Part shown: one piece after another, positions 19,871 to 30,051 of the stretch | Position numbering within the stretch: position 1 is the first letter of the stretch | How the letters are laid out: each line of letters opens with the position of its first letter | NCBI GenBank assembly: GCA_025449595.1 | Contig: JANWJC010000105.1 | Coordinates: 1 to 47,462, forward strand | Direction: 5' to 3' | Source: Acidobacteriota bacterium | GTDB lineage: Bacteria > Actinomycetota > Actinomycetes > S36-B12 > CAIYMF01 | DNA: 47,462 nt | The notes under the pieces: generated by a model | What the model was told of the DNA's origin: nothing | The model's input: the letters and a program-made list of their open reading frames with translations, nothing else | The model's database searches: none | Position numbers and translations under genes: made by a program

Positions 19871-19975
19871 TTCGCGGGCGATCAGGTGGTCGGTCAGTGC
19901 TGCCAGTGGCTGGTAACGGTCGCCGTAGTCCAGCAGGTGCCCAGTGGCCGGGTCGGTGACAGGGCGTCGGAGGGT
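19871..19975 (-). pseudogene. Remnant of a second DUF222/HNH endonuclease gene. The encoded TLRRPVTDPATGHLLDYGDRYQPLAALTDHLIARE is followed by PTVEC and a stop.
   Basis: Hand translation. It aligns with VIHDPEHPSNLLDLGRSQRLVSDQQYRALSIRDNGHC of the intact copy at 20238-21758. The frame stays open upstream to about 20060 but breaks just before the HNH motif. Confidence 0.5.
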
Positions 19976-20176
19976 AGTGGCGGCGGTTGACGGCGTCGGT
20001 AGGGCACCGTTCTCGTCCGCAGTGTTCCCATCCTGACCCGGCGTCCCGGGACGCCCTCGTCGGGACCGACAGCCGACGTGCGTAGCGGCGTTCCCAGCCC
20101 CGAGGACCCAGATCGGATTTGTGGCTCGCGCGGTTGGTTGGCCCAGTATCCCGATCCCCGGCTTCTGGCGCGTAAG

Positions 20177-20192
20177 CGGCTCACGTGAGCCG
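20177..20192. repeat. Perfect 16-bp palindrome CGGCTCACGTGAGCCG, copy 1 (45 bp upstream of the HNH gene start)
   Basis: Read directly. It is flanked by the 9-bp direct repeat TTCTGGCGC at 20163-20171 and 20194-20202. Confidence 0.95.
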
Positions 20193-20237
20193 TTTCTGGC
20201 GCCGGGGACTGTCGGTGGTCGGGGCTAGCGTCGTAGC

Positions 20238-21758
20238 ATGAGTATCAGTGAATTCTCGTTGGCCTCCACCGGTTCCAGCCCGGATGAGGCAGCGCCGGCG
20301 TTGCAGATGATTCCCGGCGGCCGCGCGCCGGGAGGTGCTGGGGCGAAGGAGCTGGGTGAGCAGATCATCGCGCTGGCCGGGCGCCTCGCCTCAGCGCAGT
20401 GCCGGTGGCTCCTGTTGGTCGCCCAGTTCGACGCCCTCGACGGTGCCAGCGCGTACGGGCTACCGACCACGACGCGGTGGATCGCCCATCACTGCGGGAT
20501 CGCGGCGCGCACCGCCCGTGACCACCTCAAGGTCGCCCACACCCTGGCCGCCTACCCGGTGCTCGCGGAGTCGATGGGCGCCGGGCGCATCTCCTACTCC
20601 CATGTGCGCATCATCGCCGGTACCGCCGGTGCCGACGAGCCCGACCTGGTCAGCGACCTCCTGACCCTGGCCGAGCACGGCACCGTGCACCAGCTCGAGG
20701 ACGTCGCCTTGGGGCTGCGCTCGGTGGACCGCCAGCTCGACGACCCGATCCGCCCCACGCCCACGGCCGGGGAGAGCTTGTCCCGGACCTGGGACCGCGA
20801 CGCCCGCCGCCACCTGTCCGCGCGGCTGGACCCCGAGCACGGCGCACTGATCGACACGGCCCTGGCCGCCGTGCAAGCGGTCGCCCCGGACGGGGAACGA
20901 CTCAGCGCCGTCGAGGCGCTGGTACGGATGGCCGAGATCACCCTGGCCACCCTGGCCGACTGCCCGACCCCACCGCGCCTGCCCCGCGGCCACGAACGCG
21001 CCGCCCTGGTACTGCACCTGCACGCCACCCGCGATGCTGTCCCCGAGATCCCCGACACGGGTGTGTCCGGGGTCGACAACGGCTCACGTGAGCCGCTGCC
21101 CCGGGCGCCTGTACCGGACCGGCCCGAAAACGGCTCACGTGAGCCGTTCCCCAGCAGAACCGGTGGGTCATTGCCGCTGGCGCGGTTGCAGGACGGCCCC
21201 GGGATCCCCGGACACGTCCTGCAACGCCTGACCTGCGCGTGCCGGATCCGAGTCGTGATCCACGACCCCGAGCACCCCAGCAACCTGCTGGACCTGGGCC
21301 GCTCCCAACGCCTGGTCAGCGACCAGCAATACCGCGCCCTGAGCATCCGCGACAACGGGCACTGCGCCCACCCCGGGTGCGAGTCCACCTGGCACCTGGA
21401 AGCCCACCACATCGTGCATTGGATCGATGGTGGCCCGACGGACATGGACAACTTGATCCTGCTTTGCGGGGCTCATCACGACGCCCACCACCGCGGCGAG
21501 TTCACCATCACCCGGCTCGGGCGCCAGCAGTTCCGGTTCCGGCGCGGCGGCGTTCCCCTGCGCGAACACATCGACCCCTCGACCCTGTTCGACACCGACA
21601 CCGACACCGCGATCGAGAACGAACACGACCAGGTCACCCCCGACGCCGCCGGGAACCGTTGGGACGGCTACCGGATGAACCTGCCTTACGCCATCAGCTG
21701 CCTCGCCGTCCCCCGCTACCGCGCCCGCGACGAACGCCGCGACCAACACGCCAGCTGA
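20238..21758 (+). CDS. DUF222 plus HNH endonuclease (REP13E12-like family)
   Basis: 506 aa. The C-terminal CAHPGCESTWHLEAHHIVHWIDGGPTDMDNLILLCGAHHDAHH is a classical HNH motif. The N-terminal two-thirds have typical DUF222 architecture. Confidence 0.85.
   Translation: MSISEFSLASTGSSPDEAAPALQMIPGGRAPGGAGAKELGEQIIALAGRLASAQCRWLLLVAQFDALDGASAYGLPTTTRWIAHHCGIAARTARDHLKVAHTLAAYPVLAESMGAGRISYSHVRIIAGTAGADEPDLVSDLLTLAEHGTVHQLEDVALGLRSVDRQLDDPIRPTPTAGESLSRTWDRDARRHLSARLDPEHGALIDTALAAVQAVAPDGERLSAVEALVRMAEITLATLADCPTPPRLPRGHERAALVLHLHATRDAVPEIPDTGVSGVDNGSREPLPRAPVPDRPENGSREPFPSRTGGSLPLARLQDGPGIPGHVLQRLTCACRIRVVIHDPEHPSNLLDLGRSQRLVSDQQYRALSIRDNGHCAHPGCESTWHLEAHHIVHWIDGGPTDMDNLILLCGAHHDAHHRGEFTITRLGRQQFRFRRGGVPLREHIDPSTLFDTDTDTAIENEHDQVTPDAAGNRWDGYRMNLPYAISCLAVPRYRARDERRDQHAS
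21080..21095. repeat. Palindrome CGGCTCACGTGAGCCG, copy 2, inside the HNH CDS (encodes NGSREP)
   Basis: Read directly. It begins at codon position 3. Confidence 0.95.
21131..21146. repeat. Palindrome CGGCTCACGTGAGCCG, copy 3, inside the HNH CDS (encodes NGSREP). It extends to a 20-bp palindrome, AACGGCTCACGTGAGCCGTT.
   Basis: Read directly. It lies 51 bp (17 codons) after copy 2, in the same codon phase. Confidence 0.95.
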
Positions 21759-21761
21759 GAG

Positions 21762-21777
21762 GCGGCTCACGTGAGCC
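21762..21777. repeat. Palindrome CGGCTCACGTGAGCCG, copy 4, starting 4 nt after the HNH stop codon (18-bp palindrome with flanking G/C)
   Basis: Read directly. It may double as a terminator-like hairpin. Confidence 0.95.
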
Positions 21778-21929
21778 GCGCGCGACTGAGCGGTGGGCCT
21801 CGATTCCCCGCAACCGCACCACATGCCCACTGCGTGAGCGGAGGCTCCGCTCACCGTCGCGACCGGCGGGAACCGCTTGCTGATGCTCAGATTGCTGGGT
21901 CCGGGAGCTCGTCCCTCCGCACCCCATGC

Positions 21930-22258
21930 GTGCCATAGCGAGTGGAACCGTCGCCCGGGATCGGCCTTGGCCGCCCGGTAGAGCGTGTGCTGCAAGGCAC
22001 GGCGCGGATCAGAGGGAGAACGTCCCTCGACGGCCACCTGGGCACTCATCGGGCCCCGGTTATAGGGCGCGCCGCTCCGACGACAACGTACGCTGGAGCA
22101 CGAAACGTCGAGGCTAGCCTGAGCCATCGCCCTTCTGGGTGAATAGCAGGCTTACGACTGGATCAGGTTGGTAAGAGCCCCCGACACAACGAATGGTTCA
22201 CCGGAATCATTGAACCTACGAATCCCTGAAGCTGGAATTCATCGGCACTGAGGCGCAC
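21930..22258 (-). mobile_element. Truncated group II intron relic. It consists of a putative 5' ribozyme segment, beginning at a GTGCGCC (22258-22252), plus the first ~40 codons of the intron reverse transcriptase/maturase (22049-21930).
   Basis: The translation MSAQVAVEGRSPSDPRRALQHTLYRAAKADPGRRFHSLWH matches the very conserved N-terminus of bacterial group II intron RTs (LQRTLYRAAKADPGRRFHALYDK as I remember it). Similarity stops after that. The flanking 22140-22330 region is conspicuously A/T-richer and non-coding. Confidence 0.5.
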
Positions 22259-22378
22259 GCGGGAGGGACGACTCAGACTGTGACTGCTCTTCCCATGGTG
22301 CTCAAATGAGATAGAATTCGAAGACACGGTGACAACCCAACCCGTCCGCGGAAGAACATGTGGTGCCACGGTCAGCGC

Positions 22379-23941
<1,563 letters not shown>

Positions 23942-24022
23942 GACGACCTTTCGCTTAGCGGTCCTGCTCGCGATCGCGGCCGCCGGTCACAGGGACTCGA
24001 CCGGCCGGAGCATCACGGCGCA

Positions 24023-24064
24023 GAAGGGGCGTACCGCGATCCTAACGATGCGGTACGCCCCTTC
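24023..24064 (-). terminator. Strong hairpin (15-bp perfect stem GAAGGGGCGTACCGC / GCGGTACGCCCCTTC, 12-nt loop) 23 nt downstream of the DUF4190 gene stop
   Basis: Read directly. There is no U-tract, as is common for actinobacterial intrinsic terminators. It may also insulate the guaA promoter. Confidence 0.6.
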
Positions 24065-24086
24065 AGCCCGTCGGCGGGTGAGCTCG

Positions 24087-24641
24087 TCAGTACGTGGTCG
24101 AGGTGTGGTTGCCGGTCACGATCAGCAGGATCCAGGCGACGGTCCCCAGGATCCACAGCCCGATGCCGATCCAACCCAGGATCAGCCCGGCCTTCGCGGA
24201 GCCGCCGTTGGTAGCCAGCCCCTGAGCGGCCAGCTTCTGGCCCTTCATGCCGGTGATGACGGCCACGATGCTGAGCAGCCCGCAGCACAGCAGTCCGAGG
24301 ATCCCGGTCACCAGCGAAGTGGTGCCCTGCCCGTTCTGCGGCGCGGCGTAGGCGGGGGCGGCGTACGCAGGCACCTGGCCGTATCCAGGCGCTTGGGGCT
24401 GGCCGTACCCCGGGGCGGGAGCGCCGTACGCGGGCGGCTGGTCGGAGGCCGGCGGGGGTGCCGCCGGTGGCGGCGCGTAGGCGGGGGGCGGTTCGGCCGG
24501 AGGCGGCGCGTAGGCGGGAGGGGGTGGCAGCGGCGGCGGTGGCGGCTCGTACGCCGGGGGCGGCGGCGGGGGGACCGCTCCCTCCGGCGGCGCTGCGTAG
24601 GGATCGGGCTCGGGCTCGGGTGGCGGGTCCTGGAACGTCAC
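24087..24641 (-). CDS. Pro-rich N-terminus plus DUF4190-type two-TM membrane protein
   Basis: 184 aa. PPPAYAPPP repeats are followed by [19 protein letters not shown] ... [24 protein letters not shown]. Confidence 0.7.
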   Translation of the reverse strand: MTFQDPPPEPEPDPYAAPPEGAVPPPPPPAYEPPPPPLPPPPAYAPPPAEPPPAYAPPPAAPPPASDQPPAYGAPAPGYGQPQAPGYGQVPAYAAPAYAAPQNGQGTTSLVTGILGLLCCGLLSIVAVITGMKGQKLAAQGLATNGGSAKAGLILGWIGIGLWILGTVAWILLIVTGNHTSTTY

Positions 24642-24702
24642 TCACGGACCGTACCGAGCCTGGCGACGCAGGGGAAGCACATCTCACGCCCAACGTAACC
24701 GG

Positions 24703-26484
24703 TTGGCCGCTGGCGGCCCTCTCCCCGTAACGTCGCGAGTTGTGTTCCTTGCCCGTCTACCGCTGTCGGACCCCGGGGTCCCGGACCTACGGTCACCCGC
24801 GCGGTTCCTGGCCTGGATCGCCCGACGGCAGTGGCAAAGCCTGGGTCTCGGCGTCCTCTGGGGGACGGTGTGGATGCTCGCCCAGGGGGCCGTACCCGCC
24901 GCCCTGGGACTCGCGGTCCAGTCCGCCAGCGACCATGACGTCCGCGGCGTGCTGATCGCGGCCGCGATCGTGCTGGCCCTCGGGACGGTCCAGACCGGTG
25001 CCGGTGTCCTGCGCCACCGGATGGCCGTGTCGAACTGGATCACCGCGGCAAGCCGTACCCAGCAGCTCGTCGTGCGGCGCGCCACCGAGCTGGGATCGCA
25101 GCTCTCCCGAGAGGTCGCGACCGGTGAGGTCGTGGCGGTCACGTCCACCGACGTCGAGAAGATCGGCAGCGCGTTCGACGTCCTGGCGCGGTTCGTCGGT
25201 GCCGTCGTCGCGTTCTTCGCCGTGGCGTTCGTGCTGATGCGGACCTCACCGTTTCTCGGCGCACTGGTGCTGGTGGGCGTACCGGTCCTGGCGCTGGCAG
25301 TCGGGCCGTTGCTCGGTCCGCTGGAGCGCCGCGAGTCGGTGCAGCGCGCTCGACTGGGCCGTTCCTCGGCGCTGGCCTCGGACACCGTCGCCGGGTTGCG
25401 GGTGCTGCGCGGGATCGGGGGCGAGGAGATGTTCGTACGCCGCTTCCAGCTGTCCTCCCAGGACGTGCGCGTCGCAGCGGTGCAGGTGGCGAAGGTGCGC
25501 TCGCTGCTCGAATCCTTGCAGGTGGCGCTTCCCGGTGCCCTGATCGTCATCGTCGTGTGGGTCGGTGCCCGGCAGGTCGTGGACGGCGAACTCAGCGTCG
25601 GCCAGCTCGTCGCGTTCTACGCCTACTCGGCCTTCCTGGTGCTCCCGCTGCGGACGTTCACGGAGGGGGCACAGCGCTGGACTTCCGCGTACGTCGCCGC
25701 CCGGCGCGTCGTGCGGGTCCTGCGCCTGGATCGCGAGCCGTCCGGGATCATGCCTGAGACGGGCACCGAATCGTACGCTGCCGCAACGCTTTTCGATCCG
25801 GGCAGCGACCTGCGAGTCCGCCCCGGTCTGCTCACCGGCGTGGTGTGCGCCGAGCCTGACACCGCGGAGGTCCTCGCGCTACGGCTGGCCGGGTTCGGCC
25901 CCGGCAGCGATGACGTCACGCTGGCCGGGACCCGTCTGGCCGATCTGCCACGCCCGCTGCTGCGCCGCGCAGTGCTCGTGCAGGACAAGGACCCCGTGCT
26001 GCTCTCCGGCACGCTTGCGGAGCTGTTCGACGTGCCTCGTTCCGGGCGGGTCAGTGTCGCAGCGGCCGTGGCGACCGCCTCGGCCGTGGACGTGCTCGAG
26101 GCGGTCCTCGACGCCGACGGCGATGTCGAGGACCCGATGCTGGCGCGCGTCACCGAGCGAGGCAGGTCCCTGTCGGGCGGGCAGCGGCAACGGCTCGCGC
26201 TCGCCCGCAGCCTGGTGGTCGACCCGGACATCCTGATCCTCGACGAGCCGACCAGCGCCGTGGACGCGCACACCGAGTCGCGGATCGCCGTGGCGCTGCA
26301 CCAGGCCCGTCAGGGGCGGACCACGGTGGTGCTCAGCGCGTCACCTCTGGTGCTCGACCAGTGCGACGAGGTCGCCCTGGCCGTCGACGGACGGGTCGTC
26401 GCCGTCGGGCGGCACCGGGTGCTGCTGCGCGACGAGCCGCGCTACCGCGGCGTGGTCACCCGTGAGGAGGTGAGCACGCCGTGA
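24703..26484 (+). CDS. ABC exporter half-transporter (TMD-NBD) with a degenerate NBD
   Basis: Six TM helices followed by an NBD with canonical LSGGQRQR and [12 protein letters not shown]. Walker A is replaced by [19 protein letters not shown], and there is no H-loop His (VVLSASP). The track start is a TTG; GTG at 24742 is an alternative. Confidence 0.8.
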   Translation: MAAGGPLPVTSRVVFLARLPLSDPGVPDLRSPARFLAWIARRQWQSLGLGVLWGTVWMLAQGAVPAALGLAVQSASDHDVRGVLIAAAIVLALGTVQTGAGVLRHRMAVSNWITAASRTQQLVVRRATELGSQLSREVATGEVVAVTSTDVEKIGSAFDVLARFVGAVVAFFAVAFVLMRTSPFLGALVLVGVPVLALAVGPLLGPLERRESVQRARLGRSSALASDTVAGLRVLRGIGGEEMFVRRFQLSSQDVRVAAVQVAKVRSLLESLQVALPGALIVIVVWVGARQVVDGELSVGQLVAFYAYSAFLVLPLRTFTEGAQRWTSAYVAARRVVRVLRLDREPSGIMPETGTESYAAATLFDPGSDLRVRPGLLTGVVCAEPDTAEVLALRLAGFGPGSDDVTLAGTRLADLPRPLLRRAVLVQDKDPVLLSGTLAELFDVPRSGRVSVAAAVATASAVDVLEAVLDADGDVEDPMLARVTERGRSLSGGQRQRLALARSLVVDPDILILDEPTSAVDAHTESRIAVALHQARQGRTTVVLSASPLVLDQCDEVALAVDGRVVAVGRHRVLLRDEPRYRGVVTREEVSTP

Positions 26485-28262
26485 GAGCACCGGAGGACGC
26501 GTACGCCGCCGCGAACCCGACGAGCACCGCACTGCCGGTCGCCTCCGAGGCGACGTCCCGGGCATACGTGCGCACCGTTTTCCTGCGCCACCGCAAGACG
26601 TTCACCGTCGTGGTGTTCCTGCACGCGGTGGCCGCGATCGCCGGCCTGGTCGGTCCGTGGGTGCTCGGCAACCTGGTCGAGCAGCTCAGTGCCGGGACGG
26701 CGGCCGACCTCGTCGACCGGGCTGCGCTGATCTTCCTTGTCGCCCTAGTGGTGCAGACCGTGTTCACCCGGATGAGCCGACTGCGGGCCGGGGTCCTCGG
26801 CGAAGAGGTGCTCGCGGACCTGCGTGAGGACTTCCTGACCCGTACCGTCGCCCTCCCCCCGGGCGTGATCGAACGGGCCGGCACCGGCGACCTGGTGTCC
26901 CGTACGACGACGGACGTGGACCGGCTCTCCATGGCCATCCGGCAGGCCGTGCCGGAGCTGACGATCGCACTCGTGACCGGGGTGCTCGTCTCCATCGCGC
27001 TGGTGATCACCGCACCGGTGCTGGCGCTGGCCTGGCTGTTGTCCGTACCCCCGATCCTGCTGTCCTCGCGCTGGTACTTCCGTCGTGCCCCCATGGGTTA
27101 TCGGGCCGAGTCCGCGACGTACGCCGCCGTCAGCGCCTCGGTCAGCGAGACCGTGGACGCCGGGCACACGGTCGAGGCGTACCGCCTCGGTCCCACCAGG
27201 CTGGGGCTGACCGATGGCCGGATCCGGCGGTGGGTGTCGTGGGAGCGGTACACGCTGTGGCTGCGTACCTGGTGGTTCCCCGCGATCGAGACCGGGTACG
27301 TGCTGCCGCTGGTGGGAGTCCTCGCGCTGGGCGGTGTGCTCGTCTCCCGGGGCTCGTTGTCGCTGGCCCAGCTCACGACGGCCGTGCTCTACACCCAGCT
27401 GCTCGTGGAACCGCTGGACCAGGTGCTGATGTGGTACGACGAGCTGCAGGTCGGGCAGGCCTCGCTCGCGCGGCTCGTCGGCGTGCAGGAGGTGCCCGAC
27501 GCGGACACCGACCCGGACCTCGAGCCGTACGACGACACCCTGCTCGTCGACGCCGTGACGTTCGGGTACCGCGCCGGTCGCGATGTGCTGCACGACATCG
27601 GCTTGGACATCGCACCCGGGGAGCGGCTGGCCCTGGTGGGTCCTTCCGGTGCCGGGAAGTCGACGCTGGGCCGGCTGCTGGCCGGGATGTACGCGCCACG
27701 CCTGGGACGCCTCGAGCTCGGCGGCGCGGCGCTGGCCCGGATGACGCCGGAGAACGTGCGCCGCCACGTCGCGCTGGTCAACCAGGAGCACCACGTCTTC
27801 GTCGGGACGCTGCGCGACAACCTGCAGCTGGCCCGCAGCGACGCCGACGACGACGCGCTGTGGGCGGCGCTCGCCGGCGTCGACGCGACCGAGTGGGCGC
27901 AGCTGCTCCCCGACGGGCTGGACACCGAGATCGGTTCCGGCGCAACGGCCCTGTCCCCTGGTCAGGCGCAACAGCTCGCCCTTGCCAGGCTCTACCTGGC
28001 CGACCCGCACACGCTGATCCTGGACGAGGCCACCTCCCTGCTCGACCCGCGAGCGGCGCGCCACCTGGAGCGGTCGTTGTCGGTCCTTATGTCGGGCCGT
28101 ACCGTCATCGCCATCGCGCACCGGCTGCACACGGCGTACGACGCCGACCGCATCGCCGTCGTCGAGGACGGGCGGATCAGCGAGCTGGGCTCGCACGAGG
28201 AGCTCGTGGCGGCCGGTGGGGCGTACGCCGCCCTCTGGGCCTCCTGGCGCGACGCCGACTGA
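26481..28262 (+). CDS. ABC exporter half-transporter (TMD-NBD) with a consensus Walker A
   Basis: [27 protein letters not shown] and the H-loop AIAHRL are present, but the signature is degenerate (LSPGQAQQ). GTGA overlap with the upstream partner gene. Confidence 0.85.
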   Translation: MRAPEDAYAAANPTSTALPVASEATSRAYVRTVFLRHRKTFTVVVFLHAVAAIAGLVGPWVLGNLVEQLSAGTAADLVDRAALIFLVALVVQTVFTRMSRLRAGVLGEEVLADLREDFLTRTVALPPGVIERAGTGDLVSRTTTDVDRLSMAIRQAVPELTIALVTGVLVSIALVITAPVLALAWLLSVPPILLSSRWYFRRAPMGYRAESATYAAVSASVSETVDAGHTVEAYRLGPTRLGLTDGRIRRWVSWERYTLWLRTWWFPAIETGYVLPLVGVLALGGVLVSRGSLSLAQLTTAVLYTQLLVEPLDQVLMWYDELQVGQASLARLVGVQEVPDADTDPDLEPYDDTLLVDAVTFGYRAGRDVLHDIGLDIAPGERLALVGPSGAGKSTLGRLLAGMYAPRLGRLELGGAALARMTPENVRRHVALVNQEHHVFVGTLRDNLQLARSDADDDALWAALAGVDATEWAQLLPDGLDTEIGSGATALSPGQAQQLALARLYLADPHTLILDEATSLLDPRAARHLERSLSVLMSGRTVIAIAHRLHTAYDADRIAVVEDGRISELGSHEELVAAGGAYAALWASWRDAD

Positions 28263-28321
28263 CCCGGGGCGGCAGCCGCAGAGCCGCGGTCTCGACACGT
28301 ATCCTCGCGCTAGGGCACGCT

Positions 28322-28933
28322 TCAGTCGATTCTCGTGCCCAAGAGGTACCTCACCGTCTGCCATATCACGCGAAGGGTTGCTGCCATCGACGGGTCGGCC
28401 AGGTACGTGAGGTCACAACGGACCCTGGCAGGCACCAGCACCTCGAGGTAGTAGCGCTCAGGGTCGGCGTCCGACCCCAGGACAGCAAGGTCCCGAAACC
28501 GGATCTGCGTCGGCCCGGTCAGGCCCGGGCGGTAGTCGAACACCCATCGGTACGCGTCGGGATAACGAGCTGCAAGCGGCAGTGTCTCTGGCCTAGGCCC
28601 GACAAGTGTCATGTCTCCGCGTAGCACGTTCACCAGCTGGGGGAGCTCGTCCAGACTTGATCGTCGAAGTACGCGGCCCATCCTGGTGACCCGGCCGTCG
28701 GAGGCTGACGTCACCTGCGGCCCGGAGGTGGCCGTGCGCATCGATCTGAACTTGCACAGGGTGAAGGGCTCACCGCCTTCTCCGACGCGCGTCTGACGGA
28801 ACAGGGCCGGACCGCCATCCGACAGCCTGATCAGAACTGCGATGATCACCAGCAGCGGGGCCAGCAGCACCAACCCCGCAGATGCGGTCAGGACGTCGAA
28901 CGTCCGACGCAGGAACCCAACCCCCGGTGTCAT
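28322..28933 (-). CDS. Small monotopic phosphoglycosyl transferase (bacterial sugar transferase family, PglC/WbaP-C-like); initiating enzyme
   Basis: Start trimmed to the ATG at 28933, 2 nt after the upstream stop. Motifs: DVLTASAGLVLLAPLLVIIAVLIRL, GPALFRQTRVG, FTLCKFRSM, DELPQLVNVLRGDMTLVGPRP. Confidence 0.85.
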   Translation of the reverse strand: MTPGVGFLRRTFDVLTASAGLVLLAPLLVIIAVLIRLSDGGPALFRQTRVGEGGEPFTLCKFRSMRTATSGPQVTSASDGRVTRMGRVLRRSSLDELPQLVNVLRGDMTLVGPRPETLPLAARYPDAYRWVFDYRPGLTGPTQIRFRDLAVLGSDADPERYYLEVLVPARVRCDLTYLADPSMAATLRVIWQTVRYLLGTRID

Positions 28934-28935
28934 GC

Positions 28936-30051
28936 TCACCCGGTCCCTGCTGCGACGAACACCGTCGACATCACCTGTGTCATGGCGCCCACGTCGGCCG
29001 ACAGTCCGATTTCCAGAGAGCTCGGGGTCATGTGTGTCCACAGGTCTGCTCCCTGCTGGCGTCGTGACAACAGTGCCGCCCACAACGCATTGTCGGCGAG
29101 CCCGGGATTCATCAGCCGCACCACCTGACCCTGGTACACCTGCCTCCAGGTCCAGATGTCGACAGCCCGGGCACCCTCGGACAGGGGAATGTCCACGAAG
29201 GTGTGCACATCCGCCTCAGCGGTTGCGGCATCACCGAGATAGTCACCGGGGAATGCCAGGGCCTTCCTCGCTTGCAGTCGAACCTCGCTCCCCCACCCAC
29301 GGCGAGCCACCTCTACCCAGGCCTGCCGCATGGCGTCGTCGCGACTTACCCCAATGCTCTGGTACTCGGAGTCCGGTCGAAGGCCGGCGCTCAGATCGAG
29401 AACATCAATGTCGCCGCTGGCCAGGTAGCCGTCGACCGCAGTCATTGTCGCCGCCGGAGTCAGTTGTTCCTGAGCCTGTGCGCACGCTTGCGGCCACGCC
29501 CCGAGATCCGTACTACCGGGTAGGCATCCGAGGTCAGGGACGACCATGTCCACAAGGATCTTCGTATGCGGGAGCCGAGCATGCAGGGCGGTGGCGGCGG
29601 CATCCAGGAATGCCTGCACCGCGGCAGGGCTCGTGAGCCCATCCCGGTACCCCAGCTCGTCTGCGATCTTCACCCCGTCCACGCCTGGCATGCTTGCCAT
29701 AGCCGCGACGACAGCAACCGTGGACCTGAAGGCCGAAGGCCCCTGGAGCCAACGCTTGACAAGGTCGGTCTCCACGTAGACCCGAGCACCGTCCGCAACC
29801 ACGGCTTTGATCGCGGCGACGTAGGCTGCGCCCGGTCGCACCGCGACGGGGTCCGCGGGGGTCGTGGGGCTCGATGTGTTCATGGGGGTATCTATCGCCG
29901 GCGAGGCGTACCTGGGCGGACCAGGTGAAGTGGGACTCGCCGTCGAAGCAACCGATTCCGGCCCCTGGTGCGCGCAAGCGCACAGCAGGGACAACACCGC
30001 CAGCCCGACAACCCTTCGGAGCCAGCAGCGAGAAGCCCCGTCGCTACGCAT
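28936..30051 (-). CDS. Exported protein with a Cys-containing signal peptide (possible lipoprotein), function unknown; possibly a TIM-barrel glycan hydrolase
   Basis: The ATG at 30051 overlaps the flippase stop (ATGCGTAG). Signal peptide: MRSDGASRCWLRRVVGLAVLSLLCAC. The hydrolase idea rests only on alternating beta-strand/Asp-Glu patterns, so it is weak. Confidence 0.5.
   Translation of the reverse strand: MRSDGASRCWLRRVVGLAVLSLLCACAHQGPESVASTASPTSPGPPRYASPAIDTPMNTSSPTTPADPVAVRPGAAYVAAIKAVVADGARVYVETDLVKRWLQGPSAFRSTVAVVAAMASMPGVDGVKIADELGYRDGLTSPAAVQAFLDAAATALHARLPHTKILVDMVVPDLGCLPGSTDLGAWPQACAQAQEQLTPAATMTAVDGYLASGDIDVLDLSAGLRPDSEYQSIGVSRDDAMRQAWVEVARRGWGSEVRLQARKALAFPGDYLGDAATAEADVHTFVDIPLSEGARAVDIWTWRQVYQGQVVRLMNPGLADNALWAALLSRRQQGADLWTHMTPSSLEIGLSADVGAMTQVMSTVFVAAGTG

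Noticed and set aside
21168-22127. 319-aa minus-strand ORF
   Set aside because: It is a chimera. Residues 27-66 are the group II intron RT fragment. The rest is antisense to the HNH gene and intergenic DNA, with no motifs.
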